NCBI GenBank assembly: GCA_963719635.1
Contig: CAVRCS010000004.1
Span: 693,159-757,158, forward strand
Direction: 5' to 3'
DNA from: an uncultured Thermoplasmata archaeon
GTDB lineage: Archaea; Thermoplasmatota; Thermoplasmata; Lutacidiplasmatales; UBA184
DNA length: 64,000 nucleotides
Every line of letters begins with the position of its first letter. Positions within the stretch are counted from its first letter, which is position 1. Below the pieces are notes generated by a model that was not told where the DNA came from, ran no database searches, and worked only from the letters and a program-made list of their open reading frames with translations. The translations under genes and the position numbers were made by a program. Of this stretch, positions 1-8,139 are shown piece by piece.

Positions 1-1925
1 AGGACGAGATGACGACGATCTCGGCCGGAGCCGCGGGCGGCTCGGGGACGTACTCGAGCTACCTGTGGGGCGGGCTACCGGCAGGTTGCACGGGGAGCGG
101 CGCGTCGTTCGGCTGCACGCCGTCGGTCGGCTCGGCCGGATCGTACACGGTCTGGGTCAACGTCACCGATACGAACGGGGCGTGGGCGAACAGCTCGTTC
201 ACGCTCACGGTCGACCCGGCGCTGACGGCGTCACCGTCGGCGAATGTGAACCCGGTCGATGAGGGCCAAGCGACGACGATCAGCGCGCACGCGGCGGGCG
301 GCTCGGATTACGACTACGTGTGGTCGGGTCTCCCCAGCGGCTGCGGGTCGCCGGGCGATGCCGCTTCGTTCGTCTGCACCCCGGCACCCGGGGATGCCTC
401 GGGCGCGCCGTACACGGTGTCGGTCATGGTGACGGACACGAACGGCGAAGAGAGCATGGGGTCGTTCACGCTGGTGGTCGATCCCGCGCTGTCGGTCTCG
501 GTGTCGGCGACGCCGAACCCGGTCGATGTCGGGCAGACGACGACGGTGTCGGCGAACGCGGCCGGTGGGGCGGCTCCGTACAGCTACGCTTGGAGCGGTC
601 TCGCGGGCAGCGGATGCGCGGGCAGCGGCGCCTCGTTCGTCTGCGCGCCGACGACGGCGGGCACCTACACGGTGTGGGTGAACGTGACGGACGGCAACGG
701 CTTCTCGGTGCATGTGTCGTTCGTCCTGGACGTCGACAGCGCGGTGAGCGCCGGGACGGTCGGGGGGACGCCGAACCCGGTGACGGTCGGGACGTCGACG
801 ACGATCTCGACGACGGGGGCGACGGGCGGCTCGGGCGGCTACAGCTACGCGTGGTCCGGCTATCCGGCGACGTGCACGCCCGGGGACGTGGCGTCGTTCA
901 GCTGCACGCCGACGACGGTCGGGACGTACACGGTGGAGCTGCAGGTGACGGACTCGAACGGAGAGACGGCGAGCGCGTCGTTCGAGCTGATGGTGAACCC
1001 GGTGGGGACGTTCGCGGTAACGTTCACGGAGAGCGGGTTGCCGTCGGGGACGGAGTGGTATGTGAACATCACGGGCGGGCCGTCGCTGAGCGGCACGACG
1101 ACGATGCTGTCGACGGACTTGCCGAACGGAGGGTACACCTACACGGTCGCCAGCGCGAACAAGGAGTTCGGCGGGCACGGCGGCGGGTTCCCGGTGGCCG
1201 GGAGCGCGGTCGGGGTCTCGGTGTCGTTCGCGAAGGAGACGTTCACGGTGACGTACACGGAGACGGGGATCCCGGCGAAGAAGCTGGCGAAGGTCGGCTG
1301 GTCGGTGGAGCTGAACGGGACGGAGAAGAGCGCGAAGGGCGCGACGATCAGCTTCAGCGGCCTGACGAACGGGAGCTACCCGCTGTTGATCCAGGGACCG
1401 ACGGGGTTCACGAGCAGCGTGGCGAGCGGTAGCCAGACGGTGAAGGGAACCACGGGCGTGACGGTGACGTTCACGAAGGGACGCACGGCGGTGCTGTCGT
1501 TCCACGAGAAGGGGCTACCGAAGGGCTCGACGTGGTGCGTGGCGGTGGACGGAGAGAACGAGTGCTCGTCGACGGGGGTCGTGAAGTTCACGGCTCTGAC
1601 GCCGGGGAGCTACGCGTTCGCGGTGACGTCACCGGCGACAGGCTACACGGTGACGGAGAAGGTCGGGAAGGTGGCGGTGACGAGCCCGGTGAGCGTGACG
1701 AAGGGGACGGCGGTGAAGGTGACGTTCGTGGCGACGGGAGGACCGGGCGGTAAGACGGCCGGACCGTTGTCGGGAGTGTCGCGGCTGTCGGGTGCGGGAG
1801 CGGTCACGGCGTCGTGGGGCCTGGTAGGGGCAGCGGTCGCCGTCGCGAGCGCACTGGCGCTGGTAGGCGCGGGCGTGCTGACGAGCCGGCGGGGCGGAAG
1901 GCCCGGCGTCGGGTCGGAGGAGTAG
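1..1925 (+). CDS. Cell-surface protein with tandem PKD-like repeats; 5' truncated by the window edge. Three C-terminal FTExGLP repeat modules and a C-terminal TM anchor.
   Basis: The reading frame is open from nt 3. Repeating ~85-aa units (TTISAxAAGG...YxYxWSGLP..C.........F.CTP...G.YTV.V.VTD.NG) are PKD-like. The tail carries a hydrophobic helix GLVGAAVAVASALALVGAGVL followed by RRGGRPG. Confidence 0.8.
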   Translation, partial: DEMTTISAGAAGGSGTYSSYLWGGLPAGCTGSGASFGCTPSVGSAGSYTVWVNVTDTNGAWANSSFTLTVDPALTASPSANVNPVDEGQATTISAHAAGGSDYDYVWSGLPSGCGSPGDAASFVCTPAPGDASGAPYTVSVMVTDTNGEESMGSFTLVVDPALSVSVSATPNPVDVGQTTTVSANAAGGAAPYSYAWSGLAGSGCAGSGASFVCAPTTAGTYTVWVNVTDGNGFSVHVSFVLDVDSAVSAGTVGGTPNPVTVGTSTTISTTGATGGSGGYSYAWSGYPATCTPGDVASFSCTPTTVGTYTVELQVTDSNGETASASFELMVNPVGTFAVTFTESGLPSGTEWYVNITGGPSLSGTTTMLSTDLPNGGYTYTVASANKEFGGHGGGFPVAGSAVGVSVSFAKETFTVTYTETGIPAKKLAKVGWSVELNGTEKSAKGATISFSGLTNGSYPLLIQGPTGFTSSVASGSQTVKGTTGVTVTFTKGRTAVLSFHEKGLPKGSTWCVAVDGENECSSTGVVKFTALTPGSYAFAVTSPATGYTVTEKVGKVAVTSPVSVTKGTAVKVTFVATGGPGGKTAGPLSGVSRLSGAGAVTASWGLVGAAVAVASALALVGAGVLTSRRGGRPGVGSEE

Positions 1926-2119
1926 GCGACCGAAGGAGCGGAGGACCCGGCCCGGGCGGACGGCTCGGGCCGGGCAGGCGACGAACCCCTTCTCCCCGTT
2001 CTCGAGAGTGGATGGCGATGGGCCCGAGCCCGGGGGTGCTGGCGGCCGGGTAACCGCGTCGAGTGGCCGCGCGGAAGCTGTTTTGTAGCCTGTCGCGGGT
2101 TCGAGAGGGGGGGCCGTTG

Positions 2120-2512
2120 ATGTACGACATGTACCAGGAGCGGATTCTGCTCCACTACCGCTCTCCGAAGAACTTCGGCCCGCTGGACGGCGCCCAGTAC
2201 TCCGGCGAGGAGTCGAACCCGCTCTGCGGGGACCACATCACCCTGCGGGTGAAGGCCGACCCCGCTTCCGGCAAGATCGAGGCGGTCCGCTTCGAGGGCG
2301 ACGGCTGCGCGATCAGCATGGCGAGCGCCTCGATGCTGACCGAGACGCTCAGCACGCTCACGATCGACGGGGCCCTGAAGCTCAGCCGGGACGACGTGTT
2401 CGAGCGCCTCGGCATTCCCCTCTCGCCCGCCCGGATCCGGTGCGCCCTGACCGGGTTCGTGGCCCTCGGCAAGGCACTGCATCCGGAGACAGCCCCACGA
2501 GCCGGCGCGTGA
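2120..2512 (+). CDS. IscU/SufU/NifU-like Fe-S cluster scaffold protein
   Basis: Three conserved Cys in the contexts LCGDHITL, GDGCAISMASASM and IRCALTGFVALGKAL. SD GAGAGGGGGGG sits 6 nt upstream of ATG 2120. The ORF track's upstream M at 2063 is probably not used. Confidence 0.75.
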   Translation: MYDMYQERILLHYRSPKNFGPLDGAQYSGEESNPLCGDHITLRVKADPASGKIEAVRFEGDGCAISMASASMLTETLSTLTIDGALKLSRDDVFERLGIPLSPARIRCALTGFVALGKALHPETAPRAGA

Positions 2513-2537
2513 CCGTGCCGATATTCCCGCGCGGCCC

Positions 2538-2777
2538 GTGGGCTTCCCCGGCCGCGGAAGGAGGGTCCCCCCCCTGATCGTCATCGACCCGGAGACGTGC
2601 GTCCTCTGCGGGCTGTGCACCGGCGTCTGCCCCCCGAACGCCCTGGAGCTCACACCGGCGGCGCTGGAGGTCCACACGAACTGCACCGACTGCGGCTGGT
2701 GCGTGCCGTACTGCCCGGTCGGCGCTATCTCCGGAGGCCGCCCGGTCCGCCGCCGGCGCCCAACCGCGGAGGGCTAG
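2538..2777 (+). CDS. 2x[4Fe-4S] ferredoxin
   Basis: Two CxxCxxCxxxCP motifs (CVLCGLCTGVCP and CTDCGWCVPYCP). The start is uncertain: GTG at 2538, or downstream of an internal GGAGGG and a C8 run at 2567-2574. Confidence 0.65.
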   Translation: MGFPGRGRRVPPLIVIDPETCVLCGLCTGVCPPNALELTPAALEVHTNCTDCGWCVPYCPVGAISGGRPVRRRRPTAEG

Positions 2778-2781
2778 TCCG

Positions 2782-4203
2782 ATGGCTTCGGAACGGCCCC
2801 GGGTCCTCCTGGTCGACCCGTACGTCTCGCGCCACGACCCGATGGAGCGCAAGTTCATCGAGCTGTACCCGTCCCTCGGGCTGCTCACGCTGGGCGCCTA
2901 CCTCGCCGGCGAGGGGGTCGACGTGCGGATGGTCGACCTCACCTTCGAGCGGGACGCGCGCCCGGTCGACCGGGCGATCGCCGCGTTCCGACCGCACCTG
3001 GTCGGCGTCCACACGAAGACCCTGACGTTCGACCGGGCGGTCGACGTCGCCCGTCGGGCCCGGGCGGCCGGGGCGGTGACCGTCGCCGGCGGGCCGGACT
3101 CGGCGACCCGCAGCGAGCTGTACCTCACGCAAGGGTTCGACGTCGTCGTGCCGGCGGAGGGAGAGCCGACGCTCGTGGAGGTCGCCCGTCGGGCGCGCGA
3201 CGGGGTTCCCATCGCGGGGACGGCAGGGACGGTGGTGCGTTCGCCGGCCGGCCTCGTGCGCGGGGCACCCCGGCCGTTCCTGCGGGACCTGGACGAACTG
3301 CCGCTGCCGGCGTGGGAGCTGATCGACATGGAACGGTACCTGGGGAGCTGGGAGCGGGCGACCGGCGAGCGTCGCGCGGCGGTCCTTACCTCCCGAGGGT
3401 GTCCGTTCGACTGCTCGTGGTGCTCCAAACCGACGTTCGGACGGACGTTCCGTCAGCAATCCCCGGAGCGGGTCCTCGCCGAGCTGCGGGCGCTCAAGGA
3501 GCGCTACCGGGTGAACTACATCCGTTTCTGCGACGACGTCTTCGGGATCCACCGCCCCTGGCTGGTCCGCCTGCTGCGGGGGATGGTCGACGAGCGGCTC
3601 GACCTCCGGTTCGAGTGCCTCGCGCGCGTCGACCTGCTCAAGCCGGACCTGCTCGCCTCGATGCGCGAGGCCGGGCTCGCGAGGGTGTACATGGGCGTCG
3701 AATCCGGCAGCCAGCGGATGCTCGACCTGATGAACCGCGGGACGAAGCTCGAGCAGGTCGAGCGGACCGCGAAGGCGCTGCGGGACGCCGGCGTCCGGCA
3801 GTTCTGGTTCCTGATGCTGGGCTACCCCGGGGAGACCGCCGACGACATCGAGGCGACGCTCAAGCTGTTCCGCCGGTTCAGCCCCGAGGAGTACTCCGTC
3901 TCGATCGCCGTCCCGATCCCGGGGACCCGGTTCCACGAGGCGGTCAAGCGGCGCCTCGGCCGCGCCCCGGCGCGGACGAAGGGGGCCGGCGGGCGCACGC
4001 TGCTGTTCGAGGCCGCCTATCCCGAACGGTTCTACCGCTGGGAGCAGCGCCGGTTTGGCCTGGAGGCCGCCCTCGGCAAGGCGCGGGAGCGCCTTTCGCC
4101 GAGGGTCGCCGACCGGATCGGTCACGTGGCGGACCGGTTCCACGAGCGCGTGGCCTCGCCGTTGCTCGTGGGGGGCCGGCGCCGCCCCGTGCGGCGGAGC
4201 TAG
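2782..4203 (+). CDS. B12-binding-domain radical SAM protein (class B rSAM)
   Basis: The N-terminus is a cobalamin-binding-like Rossmann segment (RVLLVDPY...GLLTLGAYL). The radical SAM triad is CPFDCSWC (CxxxCxxC). SD GGAGGG overlaps the ferredoxin stop, which indicates translational coupling. Confidence 0.8.
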   Translation: MASERPRVLLVDPYVSRHDPMERKFIELYPSLGLLTLGAYLAGEGVDVRMVDLTFERDARPVDRAIAAFRPHLVGVHTKTLTFDRAVDVARRARAAGAVTVAGGPDSATRSELYLTQGFDVVVPAEGEPTLVEVARRARDGVPIAGTAGTVVRSPAGLVRGAPRPFLRDLDELPLPAWELIDMERYLGSWERATGERRAAVLTSRGCPFDCSWCSKPTFGRTFRQQSPERVLAELRALKERYRVNYIRFCDDVFGIHRPWLVRLLRGMVDERLDLRFECLARVDLLKPDLLASMREAGLARVYMGVESGSQRMLDLMNRGTKLEQVERTAKALRDAGVRQFWFLMLGYPGETADDIEATLKLFRRFSPEEYSVSIAVPIPGTRFHEAVKRRLGRAPARTKGAGGRTLLFEAAYPERFYRWEQRRFGLEAALGKARERLSPRVADRIGHVADRFHERVASPLLVGGRRRPVRRS

Positions 4204-4319
4204 CTGCGGTCCGAGCGCCCGTGCGCCGGGCACGGCCGCTTGAGCCGGCAGAACCGGCACTTCTCCGGCTTCACCGGCGCGATCGGCTTGCGCAGGTGGC
4301 CGTACTTGCGGCGCGGCAT
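4200..4319 (-). CDS. Possible small basic zinc-knuckle protein (40 aa)
   Basis: ATG at 4319 encodes MPRRKYGHLRKPIAPVKPEKCRFCRLKRPCPAHGRSDRS. It is Lys-rich, which is unusual for a random GC-rich frame. TAAAAAG lies ~35 nt upstream on the minus strand. The ORF exactly fills the rSAM/AKR intergenic gap. Confidence 0.25.
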   Translation of the reverse strand: MPRRKYGHLRKPIAPVKPEKCRFCRLKRPCPAHGRSDRS

Positions 4320-4426
4320 CGTCGTCGACGCGGGCGAGCGACGGAGGCTTTTTACCACTGTCGAGGCGCCGAGCTTCGCGCGCGCGCCCGGCGGACGTTT
4401 TGTGTCCGTCGGGAGCTGGTACCCCC

Positions 4427-5548
4427 ATGGCGCTGCCGGGGTGCGCCAGCGCGAGCGGCACCGCGCGGTTCCGGGACCGGGCGGTGCGGGAGCGCGCGCT
4501 TCCGCACGAACACTTCCGCACCGCGCCGGGCTCGCTCGCCCTATCGTCCATCGGACTCGGGACGTACATCGGCCCGCCGGACGGCCCGACCGACCTCGCG
4601 GTCGAGCAGGCGGTGACCGTCTGCCTCACCAGCGGTCGCGTGAACGTCCTCGACACCGCGATCAACTACCGTTACCAGCGCGCCGAGCGCAGCGTCGGGC
4701 GAGCCCTCGCCCGGGCCGTCGCACGCGGCACGGTCGGGCGCGACGAGGTGTTCGTCGCGACCAAGAACGGCTACCTCGCCCCCGACGGCGGGGCCGGCGC
4801 GCCGCCGTCGGACTGGGTCGAGCAGGGGCTGATCCGACCGGGGATCCTGGACCCGGAGGACCTGGTGGACGGGAGCCACGCGATGAGCCGCTCGTTCCTC
4901 GCCGACCAGTTCGAACGCAGCCGCGCGAACCTCGGGGTCGAGACGATCGACCTCCTCTACCTCCACAACGGGCCGGATGCCCAGTTGCCGTCGGTTGGGC
5001 GCGAACGGTTCCTCGAGCGCCTCGAGGAGGCGTTCCGCCTCTTCGAGTCGCTGCGGGACGGCGGACGCCTCGGAGCGTACGGGCTCGCGACGTGGGGGTG
5101 CCTGCGCGTCCCGCCGTCCGACCCGACGCACTTCCCGCTGGAGAGCGCTGTGCGCGTCGCCCGGAAGGTCGGGGGCGCGGACCACGGTCTCCGTTTCGTC
5201 CAATTCCCGTTCAGCCTCGCGATGCCGGAGGCGTGGACGCACCCGACGCAGCCGGTCGGGAAGGAGCGGCATTCGGCGCTCGCCGCCGCGACGAAGCTGA
5301 GCCTCGGCTGCTTCACGAGCGTGCCGCTCGCCCAAGGACGGCTCGCCCGCGGCGGACCGCGCCGCTCGGGCCTCTCGGCCGCGCAGACCGCGGTCCAGTT
5401 CGCCCGCTCGGCGCCAGGGACGATCGGCCCCCTCGTCGGCCAGAAGGGACCGGAGCACCTCTCCGAGAACCTGGAGCTCGCCGGTCGGCCGCCGTGGGAC
5501 GAACCGACGTTCAGCGCGTGCGTCGCCGGCCGGGCGAGCGCGGGGTAG
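4427..5548 (+). CDS. Aldo/keto reductase family oxidoreductase
   Basis: AKR-like sequence (GLGTYIG...VLDTAINYRY....SE..VG.AL, ATKNGYL). The TATA-like GTTTTGTGT at 4397-4405 is 26 nt upstream of ATG 4427, suggesting a leaderless transcript. The 4400 start in the ORF track is rejected. Confidence 0.75.
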   Translation: MALPGCASASGTARFRDRAVRERALPHEHFRTAPGSLALSSIGLGTYIGPPDGPTDLAVEQAVTVCLTSGRVNVLDTAINYRYQRAERSVGRALARAVARGTVGRDEVFVATKNGYLAPDGGAGAPPSDWVEQGLIRPGILDPEDLVDGSHAMSRSFLADQFERSRANLGVETIDLLYLHNGPDAQLPSVGRERFLERLEEAFRLFESLRDGGRLGAYGLATWGCLRVPPSDPTHFPLESAVRVARKVGGADHGLRFVQFPFSLAMPEAWTHPTQPVGKERHSALAAATKLSLGCFTSVPLAQGRLARGGPRRSGLSAAQTAVQFARSAPGTIGPLVGQKGPEHLSENLELAGRPPWDEPTFSACVAGRASAG

Positions 5549-7016
5549 CGCTCGCCGGAGCGAGCGGGCCCGGTTCGTCGGGCGCAGGTCCGGGCGCTCG
5601 TGCGTCCGTCTCGAGGCGGGACCGGCCGTCGACCTTGAGCACGCGCACGGTCCGGTCGGCGATGCCGGTGAGCTGGCTCTCGTGCGAGACGACGATCACC
5701 TGCGGGAGCGCAAGTTCCTCCAGCAGCTCGCCCATCCGGACGACCTGCTCGCTCGAGAATCCGTCCGTCGGCTCGTCCAACAACAGCGTCTCGAGCCGGA
5801 CCTGGCCGAGGGAGCGGACGACGTCGGCGAGCGCCAGCCGGAAGGCGAGCGCGAGGCTCGTGCGCTCGCCGCCGCTGAGCGCTTCCGCCGGCGTCACCTC
5901 GCCGCCGCTCGTCACCTCGGGGGTGAAGCTGGCGTCCGTCCGCGCGGTGAGCGCCGGGTCGTCGACGAGCGAGGCGAAGAACCGCGAGAACGCCCGGTCG
6001 AAGGCGAGCTGGGCGTGCGCGAGCAGCTCCTTCTCCATGCGGAGCACCGCCGTCCGGAACCGATCGCCGGCCCAGTCGGCTTTCTCCTCGAGGTCGTCGG
6101 CCTCGGTGACCCGGGCCGCCCGCTCGGCGCGGCCGCGCTCGCACAGGCGTTGCCGTTCGAGCAGCCCGTCGATCCGTGAGTCCGTCCGTACGAGCGACTC
6201 CCGCAGCTCCCGAAGCGTGCGCTCGGCGGTCTGTTCCGCCGCGCGGGCCACCCCGAGGGCCGATACCTCGGAGACGGTCGCCGCGAGCGCCTGGCGCAGG
6301 GCGGCGATCCGCTCCGTCCGGGCGAGGTGGCGGGCCGACGCCGCGGCGAGGTCCGCGTCGAGCCGGGCGCGCTCCTCGGCGAGCCGCACGGCGATCGCCT
6401 CGGCGGTCTTCCGGCGCTCCTCCTCGCGCGTGGCCCGCTCCAGGGCCTCCGCCGCCGTGCGGGCCGCCGTCTCGGCGGCCTCCACTTCGTGGCGCCGGGT
6501 CCGGACCTGCTCTTCGACAGGAAGCAGCCGGGCCTGCTCGGCGTGAGCCCCCTCCACCTCGTGGAGTGCGGCAGTGTGAGCGGAGTCGGCGGCGGAGGTG
6601 GCCTCCTGCCTCTGCCGCACGGCGTCGTCGGCCTCCTGTCGCCGACGCGCCGACTCTGACCACCGCTCGTGCGTTCGCTCGTAGCGCTCGCGCGCCTTCC
6701 GCTCCTCGTCCAGCGTCTCGCGCGCGGCCGACGCCTGCTGCTGAGCCGCGCGGAGCTCCGCCAGGTGGGCGGCGGCCTCCTCCCGATGGGTCGCGAACGA
6801 CTCCGAGCGCACGGTCTGCCGGCACGTCGGACAGACCCCGGCGTGGAGCAGCTCATCCAGCTGGCTGACCGACCGCTCGCCGAGCACCAGCGCCTCCGAG
6901 GAGGCGCGTTCGGTGCCGGCCGCGCGTGCCAGCTCCTCCTCGATCGTTCCGAGGGAGCGTGGGGTAGGAGCGGGAGGCTCGCGGGCGGGGCCGGAGCCCC
7001 GGAGCGCCCCGGCCAC
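5511..7016 (-). CDS. rad50: Rad50 ATPase, C-terminal half (coiled coil, zinc hook, signature motif, Walker B, H-loop)
   Basis: Zinc hook GVCPTC, ABC signature LSGGERTSLALA, Walker B LLLDEP, and VVSHES. This frame is open up to 7046 and overlaps the end of the N-terminal frame. Confidence 0.8.
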   Translation of the reverse strand: MAGALRGSGPAREPPAPTPRSLGTIEEELARAAGTERASSEALVLGERSVSQLDELLHAGVCPTCRQTVRSESFATHREEAAAHLAELRAAQQQASAARETLDEERKARERYERTHERWSESARRRQEADDAVRQRQEATSAADSAHTAALHEVEGAHAEQARLLPVEEQVRTRRHEVEAAETAARTAAEALERATREEERRKTAEAIAVRLAEERARLDADLAAASARHLARTERIAALRQALAATVSEVSALGVARAAEQTAERTLRELRESLVRTDSRIDGLLERQRLCERGRAERAARVTEADDLEEKADWAGDRFRTAVLRMEKELLAHAQLAFDRAFSRFFASLVDDPALTARTDASFTPEVTSGGEVTPAEALSGGERTSLALAFRLALADVVRSLGQVRLETLLLDEPTDGFSSEQVVRMGELLEELALPQVIVVSHESQLTGIADRTVRVLKVDGRSRLETDARAPGPAPDEPGPLAPASATPRSPGRRRTR

Positions 7017-7030
7017 CCGCTCCGCCGCCG

Positions 7031-8128
7031 TCAGGGCCTCCCGAGCCTCACGGGCCCGGCGGAGCTTTCGTCGAGCCGCCTTCGGGCCGCGTCGAGCTCG
7101 GCGGTCCGGCGCGCGAGCTCCGGGAGCGCCGCCGCGTCGCGCTCCAGCGCAGCCCGGTGGCGCTTCAGCAGTTCCTGAGAGGACCGTTCCGCCTCCGCCG
7201 CCCGGAGGCGGTCCGCCGACGCCGCGGGGAGCGCGGCCGCGTCAGCGCGTGCGGTCCCCCACTGGCTCTCGAGCGCCTGGGCTCGACGGGTCCCCTCCTC
7301 CTGACGGTGCCGGTCGACATCGTCCTCACCCTCGACACTCGCGAGCTCCCGCCGGTCGGCCTCGGAGCGGGCGCCGGCCGCCTCCCGCTCGGCTCGGTGC
7401 GACCGGGCCTCGCGGAGCGCCGCGTCGGCGGCCTCCGCGCCGCTGGCGAGCTGGGTCCGGGTCCCGCGGAGCCGGTCCGCCTCGGTGACGGTTTCGGCGA
7501 GCTCGAGGTCCCAGTGCGCGAGTCGTCCCGCCTCCTCGCGCCGGTGGCGCGCGCCGACCCGGAGGTCGGCGGTGAGCAGCTGCGCGTTCTCCGCCGCGGT
7601 GCGGTACCGCTCCACCCCGAGCGCCTTGCGGACCGTCTCCAGCCGGTCCTCGGGGTTCGCGGCGAGGATCTCGCGCATCCGCTCCTGGGGAACGTAGATT
7701 GCCCACCGCCACAGGTCCGAGTGGGCGTGGGGGTTCGGGTTGTCCGGGAATCCGACGAGGTCGATGACGCGCTGCCGGATCTCCGTGGCCGAGTACGCCG
7801 TCGATCGGCCGTCCTCGGTGTAGGTGAGCTTCTCCGGCTCGAACGCCTCGCGGCCCCGGCGGCGGACCTTGCGGAAGCGGCGCCGCACGGCGTGGGTGTG
7901 CTCCCCGTCGCCCAGGGTGACCGCGACCTCGGAGTGGGTCGTCCCGTGGCGCACAAGGTACGCCGCGTCGACCTCGGCGACCCCGAAGAGGGCCATCTCC
8001 ACCGCGTACAGCAGGCTCGACTTGCCGGCGCCGACGTCGCCCACGAGCAGGGTCGTCCCCGGCCCGAGCTCCAGCTCGGCCGACTCGAAACTGCGGATGT
8101 TGCGGACCTCGAGCCCCCGGAGCTGCAC
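7031..8128 (-). CDS. rad50: Rad50 ATPase, N-terminal half (Walker A plus coiled coil)
   Basis: GTG start at 8128 gives VQLRGLEVRNIRSFES...LLVGDVGAGKSS (Walker A). SD GGAGGGCG lies upstream. The ORF-track extension to 9055 is rejected because it overlaps mre11. Confidence 0.8.
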   Translation of the reverse strand: MQLRGLEVRNIRSFESAELELGPGTTLLVGDVGAGKSSLLYAVEMALFGVAEVDAAYLVRHGTTHSEVAVTLGDGEHTHAVRRRFRKVRRRGREAFEPEKLTYTEDGRSTAYSATEIRQRVIDLVGFPDNPNPHAHSDLWRWAIYVPQERMREILAANPEDRLETVRKALGVERYRTAAENAQLLTADLRVGARHRREEAGRLAHWDLELAETVTEADRLRGTRTQLASGAEAADAALREARSHRAEREAAGARSEADRRELASVEGEDDVDRHRQEEGTRRAQALESQWGTARADAAALPAASADRLRAAEAERSSQELLKRHRAALERDAAALPELARRTAELDAARRRLDESSAGPVRLGRP

Positions 8129-8139
8129 GGACGCCCTCC

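Noticed and set aside
231-1505. Long antisense and overlapping ORFs throughout the ORF track (e.g. 231-1505 minus, 4240-6546 plus, 2725-4665 minus, 10184-12574 minus, 44753-45934 plus, 45365-46399 minus, 63203-63859 minus)
   Set aside because: Arg/Pro/Gly-rich low-complexity translations that overlap well-supported genes on the other strand or frame. These are the typical stop-codon-poor frames of 70% GC DNA.
2559-2580. An internal GGAGGG plus C8 run in the ferredoxin gene as evidence of an eighth frameshift
   Set aside because: The CxxC motifs are already in frame from GTG 2538. No alternative frame carries an ATG, so I kept the call as start-site ambiguity only.
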